From an uncultured Clostridium sp. (GTDB lineage Bacteria > Bacillota > Clostridia > TANB77 > CAG-508), in the NCBI GenBank assembly GCA_958422985.1, contig CATZPY010000001.1, positions 64,780 through 128,779 of the forward strand: a stretch of DNA of 64,000 nt, given 5' to 3'. A program made the translations under genes and the position numbers. Under the pieces are notes generated by a model, which saw only the letters and a program-made list of their open reading frames with translations, did not search any database and was not told the origin of the DNA. Shown here in pieces: positions 42,969 through 52,942 of this stretch; within the stretch, counting starts at the first letter, position 1, and every line of letters starts with the position of its first letter.

Positions 42969-43886
42969 ATGAGTAAAGTAATAGATAAAATAAAGCAAAA
43001 TATGCAAGAGCATAAAGAGAAAAAAGAAAAAAAAGAATTAATAGAAAAATTAAAATATATGAATGATGATGAACTGGAAGATTTTGTTATAAAACAAATC
43101 CAAAAAGGAAATAATCAAGCAAAGAAGGCAGCAGTTACTGCTATACAAACTATAGGAGAACCAGAAAAGCAACTAGAAATCACATCACAAATAAGCGATG
43201 AATTGACAAAAAAAGATAGAACCCAAATAATTAAATCTATAGATGAGCCAGCAGCTTTATTGGATGATAACGGTATAGACATTATAAAAGCTTTAGATAA
43301 AAGACAAAAAATAGAAATAGTAGAACGTATACTAACAAATCAAAGAGCTAAAATTGGAAAAATGTCTTTAGCAGAAATTTCGGAGAATCTAGACAAAATG
43401 TATTGCTTAGTTAATGAATCTAACGATTTTTCTTTAATGAAAGTTATAGACAAAGTTCAAGATAAGTTAGAAGAAATAAGGTCACAAGAAGAAGTTTCAA
43501 GTAGTGCAAAAAAAAGGGTAAAAGAAATTAAAATAAAAGTTGTGAAAATTGCAGCTAAAAAAGTAGTATCTAACTATAAAAATATAGGGTATTGTATGAG
43601 AATAACAGAATTTATGAATAGTGCAATTCCTATTAAAATGGGAACAGATTCAGAGTTAAATAGGCAAAAATATACAAAGCAAAAGGAATTTTTCCTAGAT
43701 ATGGTAGGGTACGAAGGAAGAAAACTAAGAATGAAAAATGCTAGAAGTACAATTGCAGAATTATTACAAAAAGAAGAAGAAAGACATAAACAAGGTGAAA
43801 TAAAGAAAATAGAACGTGATGCAGGAAAAGGCGTTGTAGAAAAAATCACAAAATTACATGTAGACAATTCAGATGCTTCACGATAA
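42969..43886 (+). CDS. Hypothetical Lys/Glu-rich protein
   Basis: 305-aa ORF with SD GGAGTGA. No recognisable motif. Confidence 0.5.
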   Translation: MSKVIDKIKQNMQEHKEKKEKKELIEKLKYMNDDELEDFVIKQIQKGNNQAKKAAVTAIQTIGEPEKQLEITSQISDELTKKDRTQIIKSIDEPAALLDDNGIDIIKALDKRQKIEIVERILTNQRAKIGKMSLAEISENLDKMYCLVNESNDFSLMKVIDKVQDKLEEIRSQEEVSSSAKKRVKEIKIKVVKIAAKKVVSNYKNIGYCMRITEFMNSAIPIKMGTDSELNRQKYTKQKEFFLDMVGYEGRKLRMKNARSTIAELLQKEEERHKQGEIKKIERDAGKGVVEKITKLHVDNSDASR

Positions 43887-43914
43887 ATATTAGATATATT
43901 AAATATAAAATTGT

Positions 43915-43960
43915 AAAAAGAAAGTAGACGCGAAAAAGATCGTGATTTACTTTCTTTTTT
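43915..43960 (+). terminator. Rho-independent terminator
   Basis: AAAAAGAAAGTA pairs with TACTTTCTTTTT, followed by a T-run. Confidence 0.6.
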
Positions 43961-43977
43961 TGTATTAGAGAATTATG

Positions 43978-44037
43978 ACGTATCTTAAATTTTCTTAGAA
44001 TTTACATTTGCAAGTAAAATATTAGATGCGCTTTTTT
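43978..44037 (+). repeat. Family-B repeat, copy B6
   Basis: CGTATCTTAAATTTTCTTAGAATTTACATTTGCAAGTAAAATATTAGATGCGCTTTTTT. Confidence 0.75.
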
Positions 44038-44058
44038 GTGTTATAGAAAAATTTTCTA

Positions 44059-44087
44059 TTGACTTTAGAAACCGAATAATATATTAT
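44059..44087 (+). promoter_or_regulatory. Candidate sigma-A promoter of adhE
   Basis: TTGACT, a 17-nt spacer, then TATTAT, about 40 nt upstream of the SD GGGAGG. Confidence 0.45.
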
Positions 44088-44123
44088 TAAAATTGTATAA
44101 TTATATTAGGGAGGCGTTTTTTT

Positions 44124-46721
44124 ATGGCTGAAACAAAAAATGATAGCAATAAGATAGAAAAAATGATTAATGATTTAGTAGAAAGAGCAAAAAAAGCTTC
44201 AAAAGAATACAGAAAGCTAAATCAAGAGCAAGTAGATAATGTTGTAAAAGCGATGTCTATGGCTGGTTTAGAACATCATATGGAACTTGCAAAACTTGCA
44301 GTAGAAGAAACTGGAAGAGGGATATATGAAGATAAAATAATAAAGAATATGTTTGCTACAGATTATATATATAATAGTATAAAAAATGAAAAAACAGTTG
44401 GAATAATAGAAGAAAATATAGAAGATGACTATGTAAAAATAGCAGAACCAATTGGGATAATTGCAGGAGTAACACCTGTTACAAACCCAACATCAACAGT
44501 AATGTTTAAATCAATTATTTCTGCAAAGGCAAGAAATGTAATTATATTTGGATTCCATCCATCTGCACAACAATGTAGTAAAAGAGCAGCAGAAATATTA
44601 AGAGAAGCTGCAGTAAAAGCAGGGGCTCCAAAAGATTGTATATTATGGATAGAAGAGCCATCTGTAGAAGCAACCAGTAGATTAATGAACCATCCAGATG
44701 TAAATTTAATATTAGCAACAGGTGGACCAGGTATGGTAAAATCTGCTTATTCATCTGGAAAACCAGCTTTAGGTGTTGGTCCTGGAAATGTACCATGTTA
44801 CATAGATAAAACAGCTAAATTAAAAACATCTGTAAATGACTTAGTATTATCTAAATCATTTGATAATGGAATGATTTGTGCTTCTGAACAATCTGTATTA
44901 GTAGATGAAGCAATATATAAAGAATTTGAAGATTTAATGAAAAATGCTGGATGCTATTTTGTATCACCAGAAGAAAAAGAAAAATTAAAGGAAGTAATGT
45001 TTAATAAAGAAAAAGGATATGCATTACAATCTAAGATTCCGGGTCAAAGCCCATATAATATTGCAAAACAAGCTGGATTTGAAGTTCCAGAAAATACAAA
45101 AGTATTAGTAGTATATGAAGAGGGAATAGGGCCAGAATACCCATTTTCTAAAGAAAAATTAAGCCCAGTACTTTCATATTATATTGTAAAAGATAGTAAA
45201 GAAGGTATAGAAAAAGCAGAAAAATTACTAGAAAATGGTGGACTAGGACATTCTGCAGTTATACATTCAGAAGATGAAAATACAATAAAAGAATATGGAA
45301 AAAGAGTAAAGGCAAGTAGAATCATTGTAAACCAACCATCATCACAAGGTGGGATAGGCGATATATATAATTCATTTACACCATCACTAACATTAGGATG
45401 TGGTACATTTGGAGGAAACTCTACAACAGATAATGTATCTGCATTAAATTTAGTAAATATTAAAAAGATGGGAAGAAGGAGAGTTAATATGCAATGGTTT
45501 AAAGTTCCAAAGAAAATATATTTTGAAGCAGGTTCTATAAAATATTTAGAAGATATGAGAGATATAACAAGAGCTTTTATTGTAACAGATGAATCTATGG
45601 TTAAATTCGGATATGTTGATAAAGTGTTATATCATTTAAGAAAAAGACAAGATTATGTACATTCTGAAATCTTTTCAGATGTAGAGCCAGACCCATCTTT
45701 TGACACAGTTAAAAGAGGTGTAGAAGCAATGCAAAGATTTAATCCAGATGTAATTATTGCATTAGGTGGTGGTTCTGCAATAGATGCAGCTAAAGGAATG
45801 TGGCTTCTATATGAAGATCCTGAAGCAGATTTAGAAGGATTAAAATTAAAATTTATGGATATAAGAAAGCGTACATACGAATTCCCAGAGTTAGGAAAAA
45901 AATGCCAAATGGTTGCAATACCTACAACATCTGGAACAGGTTCAGAAGTTACATCATTTGCAGTTATAACAGACAAACAAAAAGGAAGAAAATATCCACT
46001 AACAGCATACGAATTAACACCAAATGTAGCAATAGTTGATCCAGACTTTGTTGCAACACTTCCAAAAACTTTAACAGCAGATACAGGAATGGATGTTTTA
46101 ACACATGCTTTAGAAGCATATGTTTCTAACATGGCAAATGACTATTCAGATGCTTTAGCAGAAAAAGCAACAAAATTAGTATTCGAAAATTTAAAGGAAG
46201 CATATAACCACGGAGATAATAAATTTGCAAGAGAAAGAATGCACAATGCAAGTACAATGGCAGGTATGGCATTTACAAATGCATTTTTAGGAATATGCCA
46301 CTCTATGGCACACAAATTAGGTGCAAAATTCCACTTACCACATGGTAGAATTAATGCAATTTTATTACCATATGTAGTAGAATATAATGGAAGTAAACCA
46401 ACTAAATTTACATCATTCCCTAAATATGAATATTTTATAGCAGATGAAAAATATGCGCAAATAGCTAGAATGGTTGGCTTAAAAGCAGATACAGTAGAAG
46501 AGGGAGTACATTCTTTAGCAGAAGCAATCAGAAAATTAAATAAAGACTTAAATATACCAGCATCATTTAAAGAAGCAGGAGTAGACGAAAAGGAATTTTT
46601 AGACAATGTAGATGAATTAGCAGATAGAGCGTTTGAAGACCAATGTACACCTGCAAACCCAAGATTACCATTAGTAACAGAAATAAAGAAAATATTATTA
46701 GACAGCTATTATGGAAAATAA
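44124..46721 (+). CDS. adhE: Bifunctional acetaldehyde-CoA/alcohol dehydrogenase
   Basis: 865 aa. N-terminal ALDH half (GPGNVPCYID, ICASEQS) and C-terminal Fe-ADH half (GGGSAIDAAK, HSMAHKLG). Confidence 0.95.
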   Translation: MAETKNDSNKIEKMINDLVERAKKASKEYRKLNQEQVDNVVKAMSMAGLEHHMELAKLAVEETGRGIYEDKIIKNMFATDYIYNSIKNEKTVGIIEENIEDDYVKIAEPIGIIAGVTPVTNPTSTVMFKSIISAKARNVIIFGFHPSAQQCSKRAAEILREAAVKAGAPKDCILWIEEPSVEATSRLMNHPDVNLILATGGPGMVKSAYSSGKPALGVGPGNVPCYIDKTAKLKTSVNDLVLSKSFDNGMICASEQSVLVDEAIYKEFEDLMKNAGCYFVSPEEKEKLKEVMFNKEKGYALQSKIPGQSPYNIAKQAGFEVPENTKVLVVYEEGIGPEYPFSKEKLSPVLSYYIVKDSKEGIEKAEKLLENGGLGHSAVIHSEDENTIKEYGKRVKASRIIVNQPSSQGGIGDIYNSFTPSLTLGCGTFGGNSTTDNVSALNLVNIKKMGRRRVNMQWFKVPKKIYFEAGSIKYLEDMRDITRAFIVTDESMVKFGYVDKVLYHLRKRQDYVHSEIFSDVEPDPSFDTVKRGVEAMQRFNPDVIIALGGGSAIDAAKGMWLLYEDPEADLEGLKLKFMDIRKRTYEFPELGKKCQMVAIPTTSGTGSEVTSFAVITDKQKGRKYPLTAYELTPNVAIVDPDFVATLPKTLTADTGMDVLTHALEAYVSNMANDYSDALAEKATKLVFENLKEAYNHGDNKFARERMHNASTMAGMAFTNAFLGICHSMAHKLGAKFHLPHGRINAILLPYVVEYNGSKPTKFTSFPKYEYFIADEKYAQIARMVGLKADTVEEGVHSLAEAIRKLNKDLNIPASFKEAGVDEKEFLDNVDELADRAFEDQCTPANPRLPLVTEIKKILLDSYYGK

Positions 46722-46732
46722 ATATCGAGATA

Positions 46733-46764
46733 TCGGGATTAGAGGACGGTCCTAAAAATTCCGG
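46733..46764. repeat. Family-A repeat, copy A7
   Basis: TCGGGATTAGAGGACGGTCCTAAAAATTCCGG. Confidence 0.75.
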
Positions 46765-46790
46765 TTATGAAGTATAATATGAAAATAAAG

Positions 46791-46828
46791 AAAAATGTGA
46801 TAGTTTTTATAACTATCACATTTTTTTT
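46791..46828. terminator. Bidirectional terminator between the convergent adhE and aspS genes
   Basis: AAAAATGTGATAGTT-TTTAT-AACTATCACATTTTTTTT. Confidence 0.75.
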
Positions 46829-46864
46829 AAATAAATGAATTTAAGTTTAATAATAAATAAGGAA

Positions 46865-46897
46865 CTGGGATTTTACTCTTAAGTCCATTAATTTCGG
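46865..46897. repeat. Family-A repeat, copy A8 (degenerate)
   Basis: CTGGGATTTTACTCTTAAGTCCATTAATTTCGG, immediately 3' of the aspS stop. Confidence 0.5.
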
Positions 46898-46903
46898 TTG
46901 ACT

Positions 46904-48661
46904 CTATTCTAGTCTAATGTGAATATCTCTTAACTGTTCTCTAGAAATAAAGCTAGGAGCATCCATCATTAAATCTTGAGCTTTGCTGTTTAAAGGAAAA
47001 GCAATAACTTCTCGAATATTTTTTGCTCCAGTAAGAAGCATAATTATTCTATCTATTCCAGGTGCTATTCCAGCATGTGGTGGAGCTCCAAATTGAAAAG
47101 CTGTATATAAAGCTCCAAATCTTTCTTTTACTTGCTTTTCAGAATATCCAGCAATTTCGAAAGCTTTAAGCATTATTTCTATATTGTGATTTCTAACTGC
47201 ACCAGAAGAAAGTTCTATACCATTACAAACTATATCATATTGGTATGCTGTTATATCTAAAGGTGACTTAGTAGATAAAGACTCTAAACCTCCTTGTGGC
47301 ATAGAAAAAGGGTTATGACTAAAAGTGATATTGCCATGTTCATCTAGTTCATACATTGGAAAATCTACAATCCAACAAAAACTAAATACACTATCATCAA
47401 TTAATCCTAAACGTTTTCCAAGTTCATTTCTAATTTCACCAGATAAAGTATTAACAAGTTTTGGAGATTCTGCAATAAAGAATAGGCAATCACCCGGTTT
47501 AGAATTTGTTCGTTTTATAAGTTCTAGCCTAGAACTATCTGGTATAAATTTTGCAATAGGACCTTGGAATGTGCCATCTTCTAAAATACGAAGCCAAGCT
47601 AATCCTTTAGCTTTACACTCTTTTATTGCGTAGTCTGTCATACCTTCGAAAAAGCTTCTTGGTTCTTCTGCAACATCATGTGCAGAAATAGTTCTTACTA
47701 ATTTGCCTTTAAAAGCATTTAAAGTTACACTTTCATCTTCAAAAATATCTGTAACATCAACAATAACTAAAGGGTTTCTTAAGTCTGGTTTGTCTGAGCC
47801 ATATTTAAGCATAGCATCTTTATAAGCTATTCTTGGGAATGGATACTTTATTATTTTTTTATCTGAAAACTTTGTAAATGTTTTGTATATAACAGGTTCT
47901 ATAACACTAAATACATCCTCTTGTGAAGCATAGCTCATTTCCATGTCTAATTGATAAAACTCACCAGGAGTACGATCTGCTCTAGAATCTTCATCTCTAA
48001 AGCAAGGTGCAATTTGGAAGTATTTATCAAAACCAGAAACCATTAGTAATTGCTTAAACTGTTGAGGAGCCTGTGGAAGTGCATAAAATTTTCCGCTATG
48101 AATTCTGCTAGGAACTAAGTAGTCACGAGCTCCTTCTGGAGAAGAACTTGTAAGTATAGGTGTTTGAATTTCTAAAAAATCTTGTTTTATCATTTCCTCT
48201 CTTAAAAATTGTATTACTTTACTACGTAAAATAATATTAGATTTCAATTTTTCGTTTCTTAAATCTAAGTAACGATATTTTAATCGTAAATCTTCTCTAA
48301 TTTCATTATCTGAGTTTACCTCGAAAGGTAAATCTGCAGTTCTTTTTCCTAAAATTTTGATGTCATCAATATAAATTTCTACAAGACCTGTTTTTATCTT
48401 TTCGTTTATGGTATCGGCATTTCTTTTTCTAACAATACCTTCTACAGATACAGAAGATTCGATAGGAATATGTGAGGCGAAATCTACAATATTAGATTCT
48501 GCAGAAGTTACAACTTGTGTAATTCCATACATATCACGTATATCTAAAAATACTAAACCTCCTAAATCTCGAATTGTTTGCACGAATCCTGCAATTTTTA
48601 CTTTTTTTCCGACATCTGCTAGTGTGATGTCACCACATGTGTGTGTTTTGTACTTTTCCAT
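46904..48661 (-). CDS. aspS: Aspartyl-tRNA synthetase (bacterial type; probably non-discriminating, given the Asn-type T-box and gatCAB)
   Basis: 585 aa from the ATG at 48661, with SD AGGAGG. Class II motifs FRDEDSRADRTPGEFYQLDMEM and GAPPHAGIAPGIDR. Confidence 0.9.
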   Translation of the reverse strand: MEKYKTHTCGDITLADVGKKVKIAGFVQTIRDLGGLVFLDIRDMYGITQVVTSAESNIVDFASHIPIESSVSVEGIVRKRNADTINEKIKTGLVEIYIDDIKILGKRTADLPFEVNSDNEIREDLRLKYRYLDLRNEKLKSNIILRSKVIQFLREEMIKQDFLEIQTPILTSSSPEGARDYLVPSRIHSGKFYALPQAPQQFKQLLMVSGFDKYFQIAPCFRDEDSRADRTPGEFYQLDMEMSYASQEDVFSVIEPVIYKTFTKFSDKKIIKYPFPRIAYKDAMLKYGSDKPDLRNPLVIVDVTDIFEDESVTLNAFKGKLVRTISAHDVAEEPRSFFEGMTDYAIKECKAKGLAWLRILEDGTFQGPIAKFIPDSSRLELIKRTNSKPGDCLFFIAESPKLVNTLSGEIRNELGKRLGLIDDSVFSFCWIVDFPMYELDEHGNITFSHNPFSMPQGGLESLSTKSPLDITAYQYDIVCNGIELSSGAVRNHNIEIMLKAFEIAGYSEKQVKERFGALYTAFQFGAPPHAGIAPGIDRIIMLLTGAKNIREVIAFPLNSKAQDLMMDAPSFISREQLRDIHIRLE

Positions 48662-48699
48662 AATAAACCTCCTAAATATTGGATTTTCCAATTATAAAC

Positions 48700-49006
48700 C
48701 ACATATACAAATAAAAAATTTTAACTGTGGTTTTATATGATAGGCATCAAAAAATCCCTATCATATATTGTAATATGATAGGGACGAAATACTTTCCGCG
48801 GTGCCACCCTATATTGAAAACATGGTTTATTAGTTTTCCTCTTAATTTATTAAATTTAAATAAAAACAATGTGTTATTCAATTGCGTTTTTCTAAAAGGG
48901 CTTCCAGCCTCTAGACCCTTAATCTCTATTAGCAACTTGCAAAAGCTCGTCATTGTTTACATAGGAATTTGGTAATGTGTTAAATATAGTTTACCATAAT
49001 GCCTAT
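48700..49006 (-). promoter_or_regulatory. T-box riboswitch leader of aspS
   Basis: On the minus strand there is a Stem I with an AGAGA bulge (AATAGAGATTAAGGG). The T-box sequence AGGGTGGCACCGCGG lies at 48810-48796. The terminator CCCTATCATAT...ATATGATAGGG plus TTTTTT lies at 48783-48749. The candidate specifier AAC lies at 48875-48873. Confidence 0.85.
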
Positions 49007-49012
49007 AAAATT

Positions 49013-49041
49013 ATTTTACATAGTATTTGCAAATTTGTCAA
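49013..49041 (-). promoter_or_regulatory. Consensus sigma-A promoter driving the T-box leader
   Basis: On the minus strand: TTGACA (49041-49036), a 17-nt spacer, then TAAAAT (49018-49013). Confidence 0.7.
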
Positions 49042-49129
49042 TGTTTATTTAAAATATTATGGTAAACTTGACTTTTAGAAATAAATGAATATATAATAAA
49101 TGCGATATAAAACGCAAGGAGATGAAGGT

Positions 49130-49426
49130 ATGAGTAAAAATACAGTAAGTAAAGATGAATTATTACACATTGCGAAATTAGCTGACTTAAATATTAAAGA
49201 AGAAGAAATGGATAAATATTTAGAAAATTTGCAAGAAATATTAAATTTTGCAGATATAATAAATAAAGCAGATGTAAACAATTTAGATATTACAATTGGT
49301 GCAAATGAAAATAAAAATGAGTTTAGAAAAGATGAAGTAAAAGAATTTGGAGATTTAGAAGCATTACTTCAAAATGCACCAAGTAAAGAACAAAATATGT
49401 TTAAAATTCCAAAAGTTATAAATTAA
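49130..49426 (+). CDS. gatC: Asp/Glu-tRNA amidotransferase subunit C
   Basis: MSKNTVSKDELLHIAKLADLNIKEEE. SD AAGGAGATGAAGG lies upstream of ATG 49130. Confidence 0.9.
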   Translation: MSKNTVSKDELLHIAKLADLNIKEEEMDKYLENLQEILNFADIINKADVNNLDITIGANENKNEFRKDEVKEFGDLEALLQNAPSKEQNMFKIPKVIN

Positions 49427-49466
49427 TAGGTAAATACCTAAGCCAATATAAATAAAGGAGGCAAAT

Positions 49467-50936
49467 ATGAATATTACAGAATTAACAGTACATGAGCTTA
49501 AAGAAAAATTAGAGAAAAAAGAGCTTACAAGTTATGAAATTACAAAAGCATATATAGAAAAAATAGAAGAAAAAGAAAAAGATGTACAAGCTTTTGTTAC
49601 AACTTTAGAAAAAGATGCTTTAGAAAAAGCAGAAGAAATAGATAAAAAAATAGCAAATGGAGAAATTATAGAAAAATTAGCTGGAATTCCAATAGGAATT
49701 AAAGATAATATATGTACAAAAGGTGTTAAAACAACATGTTCTTCAAAAATGCTAGAGAACTTTATTGCACCATATGATGCAACAGTTATGGAAAAAATAA
49801 ATTCGGAAAATCTTATAAATTTAGGAAAATTAAATATGGACGAATTTGCTATGGGTGGTTCAACAGAACATTCATATTTTCATGTTACAAGAAACCCATG
49901 GAACTTAAATAAAGTACCAGGTGGATCTTCAGGAGGATCTGCTGCAGCTGTAGCAGCTGGAATGGTACCATGGGCATTAGGAACAGATACAGGAGGATCT
50001 ATAAGAGAGCCAGCTAGTTTTTGTGGTGTTGTAGGATTAAAACCAACTTATGGTTTAGTTTCAAGATATGGTGTTGTAGCATTTGCATCATCATTAGACC
50101 AAGTTGGACCAATTACAAAAGATGTAACAGACTCAGCAATGCTTCTTAATATAATCACAGGAAAAGACAAAATGGATTCAACATCTGTAGAAAGACCAAA
50201 GGTTGATTATACAAAAGCATTAAAGAATGATATTAAAGGTTTAAAAATAGCAGTTCCAAAAGAATTATTTGCTGAAGGAATAAATGAAGAAGTAAAAGCA
50301 AGTTTAGAAAAAGCGATAGAAACATATAAAAAGCTAGGAGCAGAAATTTCAGAAGTTTCTTTAAATATAGCAGAGTATGCTTTGGCTTCATACTATATAA
50401 TTGCTTGTGCAGAGGCAAGTTCAAATTTAGGTAGATTTGATGGAGTTAGATATGGGCATAGAGCGAAAGAATTTAATAATTTAAAAGAACTATATAGAAA
50501 TTCTAGAACAGAAGGTTTTGGACCAGAAGTTAAAAGGAGAATAATATTAGGAACATATGTATTAAGCTCAGGATATTATGATGCATATTACAAAAAGGCA
50601 CAACAAGTACGTACATTGGTTATGAATAAATTTAAGAGTGTATTTGACAATTATGATGTTATTTTAACACCAACATCACCAACAGTTGCTTTTGATATTG
50701 GTTCTAAAATTAATGATCCACTTGCAATGTATTTAGCAGATATTTGTACAGTTTCTGTAAATATTGCAGGACTTCCTGGAATATCTATTCCATGTGGTGT
50801 AGATAAAGAGGGAATGCCAATTGGTATGCAATTAATTGGAAATAGATTTACAGAGGAAACATTATTAAACGCTGCATATACTTTCGAACAAAAAGTACAA
50901 TTTAGAGAAAAATATAAACCGGAATTTAAAAAGTAG
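49467..50936 (+). CDS. gatA: Asp/Glu-tRNA amidotransferase subunit A
   Basis: Amidase signature [12 protein letters not shown], 489 aa. Confidence 0.95.
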   Translation: MNITELTVHELKEKLEKKELTSYEITKAYIEKIEEKEKDVQAFVTTLEKDALEKAEEIDKKIANGEIIEKLAGIPIGIKDNICTKGVKTTCSSKMLENFIAPYDATVMEKINSENLINLGKLNMDEFAMGGSTEHSYFHVTRNPWNLNKVPGGSSGGSAAAVAAGMVPWALGTDTGGSIREPASFCGVVGLKPTYGLVSRYGVVAFASSLDQVGPITKDVTDSAMLLNIITGKDKMDSTSVERPKVDYTKALKNDIKGLKIAVPKELFAEGINEEVKASLEKAIETYKKLGAEISEVSLNIAEYALASYYIIACAEASSNLGRFDGVRYGHRAKEFNNLKELYRNSRTEGFGPEVKRRIILGTYVLSSGYYDAYYKKAQQVRTLVMNKFKSVFDNYDVILTPTSPTVAFDIGSKINDPLAMYLADICTVSVNIAGLPGISIPCGVDKEGMPIGMQLIGNRFTEETLLNAAYTFEQKVQFREKYKPEFKK

Positions 50937-50947
50937 TAAGGAGGAAA

Positions 50948-52393
50948 ATGATGGTAATAGATGGTTATGAAGTAGTAATAGGTCTAGAAGTTCATGCAGA
51001 ACTTTCTACAAAAACAAAAATATTTTGCTCATGCCCTACAACATTTGGTGCAGAGCCTAATACACATACTTGCCCAATTTGTATGGGAATGCCAGGAACA
51101 CTTCCTGTACTAAATGAAAAAGTTGTAGAATATGCAGTAAAAGCAGGTCTTGCAACAAATTGTGAAATAGAAAGAAATAGTAAAAACGATAGAAAAAATT
51201 ATTTTTACCCAGACTTACCAAAAGCATATCAAATATCTCAATTTGATAAACCGTTGTGTAATAATGGATATATCGAAATAGAAGATGATGAAGGAAATAA
51301 AAAGAAAGTAAGACTTTTAAGAATTCATATAGAAGAGGATGCAGGTAAGCTAAATCATGATGAGTTTGCTGGAGGAAGTTTAGTAGATCTAAACAGAGCA
51401 GGAGTTCCATTAATAGAAATAGTGTCTGAGCCAGATTTACGTTCAAGTGGCGAAGCTGATAGATATTTGAAAAAACTAAAATCTATATTAGAATATATAG
51501 AAGTGTCAGATTGTAAAATGCAAGAAGGTTCTTTAAGGGCTGATGTAAATGTGTCTGTAAGAAAAGTAGGAGACACAAAATTTGGAACAAGAACAGAAAT
51601 GAAAAATATGAACTCTTTTAAATCAATAACAAGAGCAATAGAATACGAAGTAAAAAGACAAATTGATGTTTTAGAAGATGGTGGAAAAGTAGAACAAGAA
51701 ACTTTAAGATGGGATGATGTATCTGGAAAGACATTTTCTATGAGAGATAAAGAAGATGCACAAGATTATAGATATTTCCCAGATCCAGACTTAGTTGCAA
51801 TTAGTTTATCAGAAGAATATATAGAAAATATAAAAAATAATTTACCAGAACTTCCAGAAAGTAGAAAAGAAAGATATATTAACGAATACAATTTATCTGA
51901 AAAAGATGCAAATATTATAACAGGTTCTAAATATTTGTCAGATTTATTTGAAGATGCAAGTGAAGTATGTGGAAATAGAAAGGCTGTTAACAACTGGATA
52001 ATTTCTGATATTTCTAGAATTTTAAATGAAAAAGAATTAGAACCAGACCAAATACCATTTAAAGCAGAGCATTTAGGGCATTTAGTAGAATTAATAGATA
52101 AAGGAACAATTAGTTCTAGTATTGGTAAAAAGGTAATAGAAGAATTGTTTGAAAATCCAGCAGAGCCAGAAGAAATTATAAAAGAAAAAGGTTGGATACA
52201 AATTTCAGACGAAGGAGCAATAAAAGAAGTTGTACTAAAAGTATTAGAAGAAAATCCAAATTCTGTAAGCGACTATAAGGCAGGAAAAGATAGAGCACTA
52301 GGATTCTTAGTAGGACAAGCAATGAAGCTAACTAAAGGAAAAGCAAATCCACAAATGTTAAATAAAATGCTAAAAGACGAATTAAGTAAATAA
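50948..52393 (+). CDS. gatB: Asp/Glu-tRNA amidotransferase subunit B
   Basis: IGLEVHAELSTKTKIFC...RIHIEEDAGK, 481 aa. Confidence 0.95.
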   Translation: MMVIDGYEVVIGLEVHAELSTKTKIFCSCPTTFGAEPNTHTCPICMGMPGTLPVLNEKVVEYAVKAGLATNCEIERNSKNDRKNYFYPDLPKAYQISQFDKPLCNNGYIEIEDDEGNKKKVRLLRIHIEEDAGKLNHDEFAGGSLVDLNRAGVPLIEIVSEPDLRSSGEADRYLKKLKSILEYIEVSDCKMQEGSLRADVNVSVRKVGDTKFGTRTEMKNMNSFKSITRAIEYEVKRQIDVLEDGGKVEQETLRWDDVSGKTFSMRDKEDAQDYRYFPDPDLVAISLSEEYIENIKNNLPELPESRKERYINEYNLSEKDANIITGSKYLSDLFEDASEVCGNRKAVNNWIISDISRILNEKELEPDQIPFKAEHLGHLVELIDKGTISSSIGKKVIEELFENPAEPEEIIKEKGWIQISDEGAIKEVVLKVLEENPNSVSDYKAGKDRALGFLVGQAMKLTKGKANPQMLNKMLKDELSK

Positions 52394-52402
52394 CTTATAA
52401 AA

Positions 52403-52452
52403 CCGGGATTAAGGATGCCTCCGAAATCGGAGGACAGACCTTAAAATCCCGG
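52403..52452. repeat. Family-A repeat, copy A9, with a nested inner hairpin
   Basis: CCGGGATTAAGG-ATGCCTCCGAAATCGGAGGACAGA-CCTTAAAATCCCGG. Confidence 0.8.
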
Positions 52453-52683
52453 TTAATTTAATTCTTCTTTTATTTTAGAAAAAGCAAAGCCTCCAAATAG
52501 AAAACAAAAGAAATATGTAGTGCCAGCTTGAAATAATAATACTCCAATATGGTATATAAGAGGATGTAAATAAAAGAAATTATAGTATGTTAATGTTAGA
52601 ATTGACAATAATAAGATAAAAGAAGAAAATATAATTCCATAATGTACAATCTTTTTGGCTGAATTATCTATTTGCATTTGCAA
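52453..52683 (-). CDS. Small two-TM membrane protein, unknown function
   Basis: 76 aa with two hydrophobic helices. Confidence 0.4.
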   Translation of the reverse strand: MQMQIDNSAKKIVHYGIIFSSFILLLSILTLTYYNFFYLHPLIYHIGVLLFQAGTTYFFCFLFGGFAFSKIKEELN

Positions 52684-52942
52684 TCACGTTCCTTCCTTAA
52701 TTAGGGTAGTTTTATAATGAATTTTATTATAGAAATCATCTTCTAATAATTATAGAATAACATAAAAGAGATAGTAAAACAAATGAAATAATTACCAAAT
52801 GAAAGCTTCTATAATATAAGAAAAGTGACTTTGTGACATGTGCATTTCGCTTCGCGAATATACAATAAAAAAAGAAGACGTCTATTAAAATAGAGTCTTC
52901 AAATAAAAACTATGCATAATTTTTATTATAAATTATAAGCAA

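Noticed and set aside
45653-46606. Two minus-strand ORFs of 159 and 154 aa inside adhE (also 44542-44796)
   Set aside because: They lie opposite an unambiguous 865-aa AdhE. These are typical stop-poor antisense frames.
48727-48975. Tracked ORFs (82 aa on + and 68 aa on -) upstream of aspS
   Set aside because: The region is fully explained by the T-box leader (Stem I, T-box sequence, terminator). Neither ORF has an SD.
49042-49129. A possible second T-box or attenuator in front of gatC
   Set aside because: There are only about 90 nt between the divergent promoter and the gatC SD. No T-box sequence or terminator hairpin is present.
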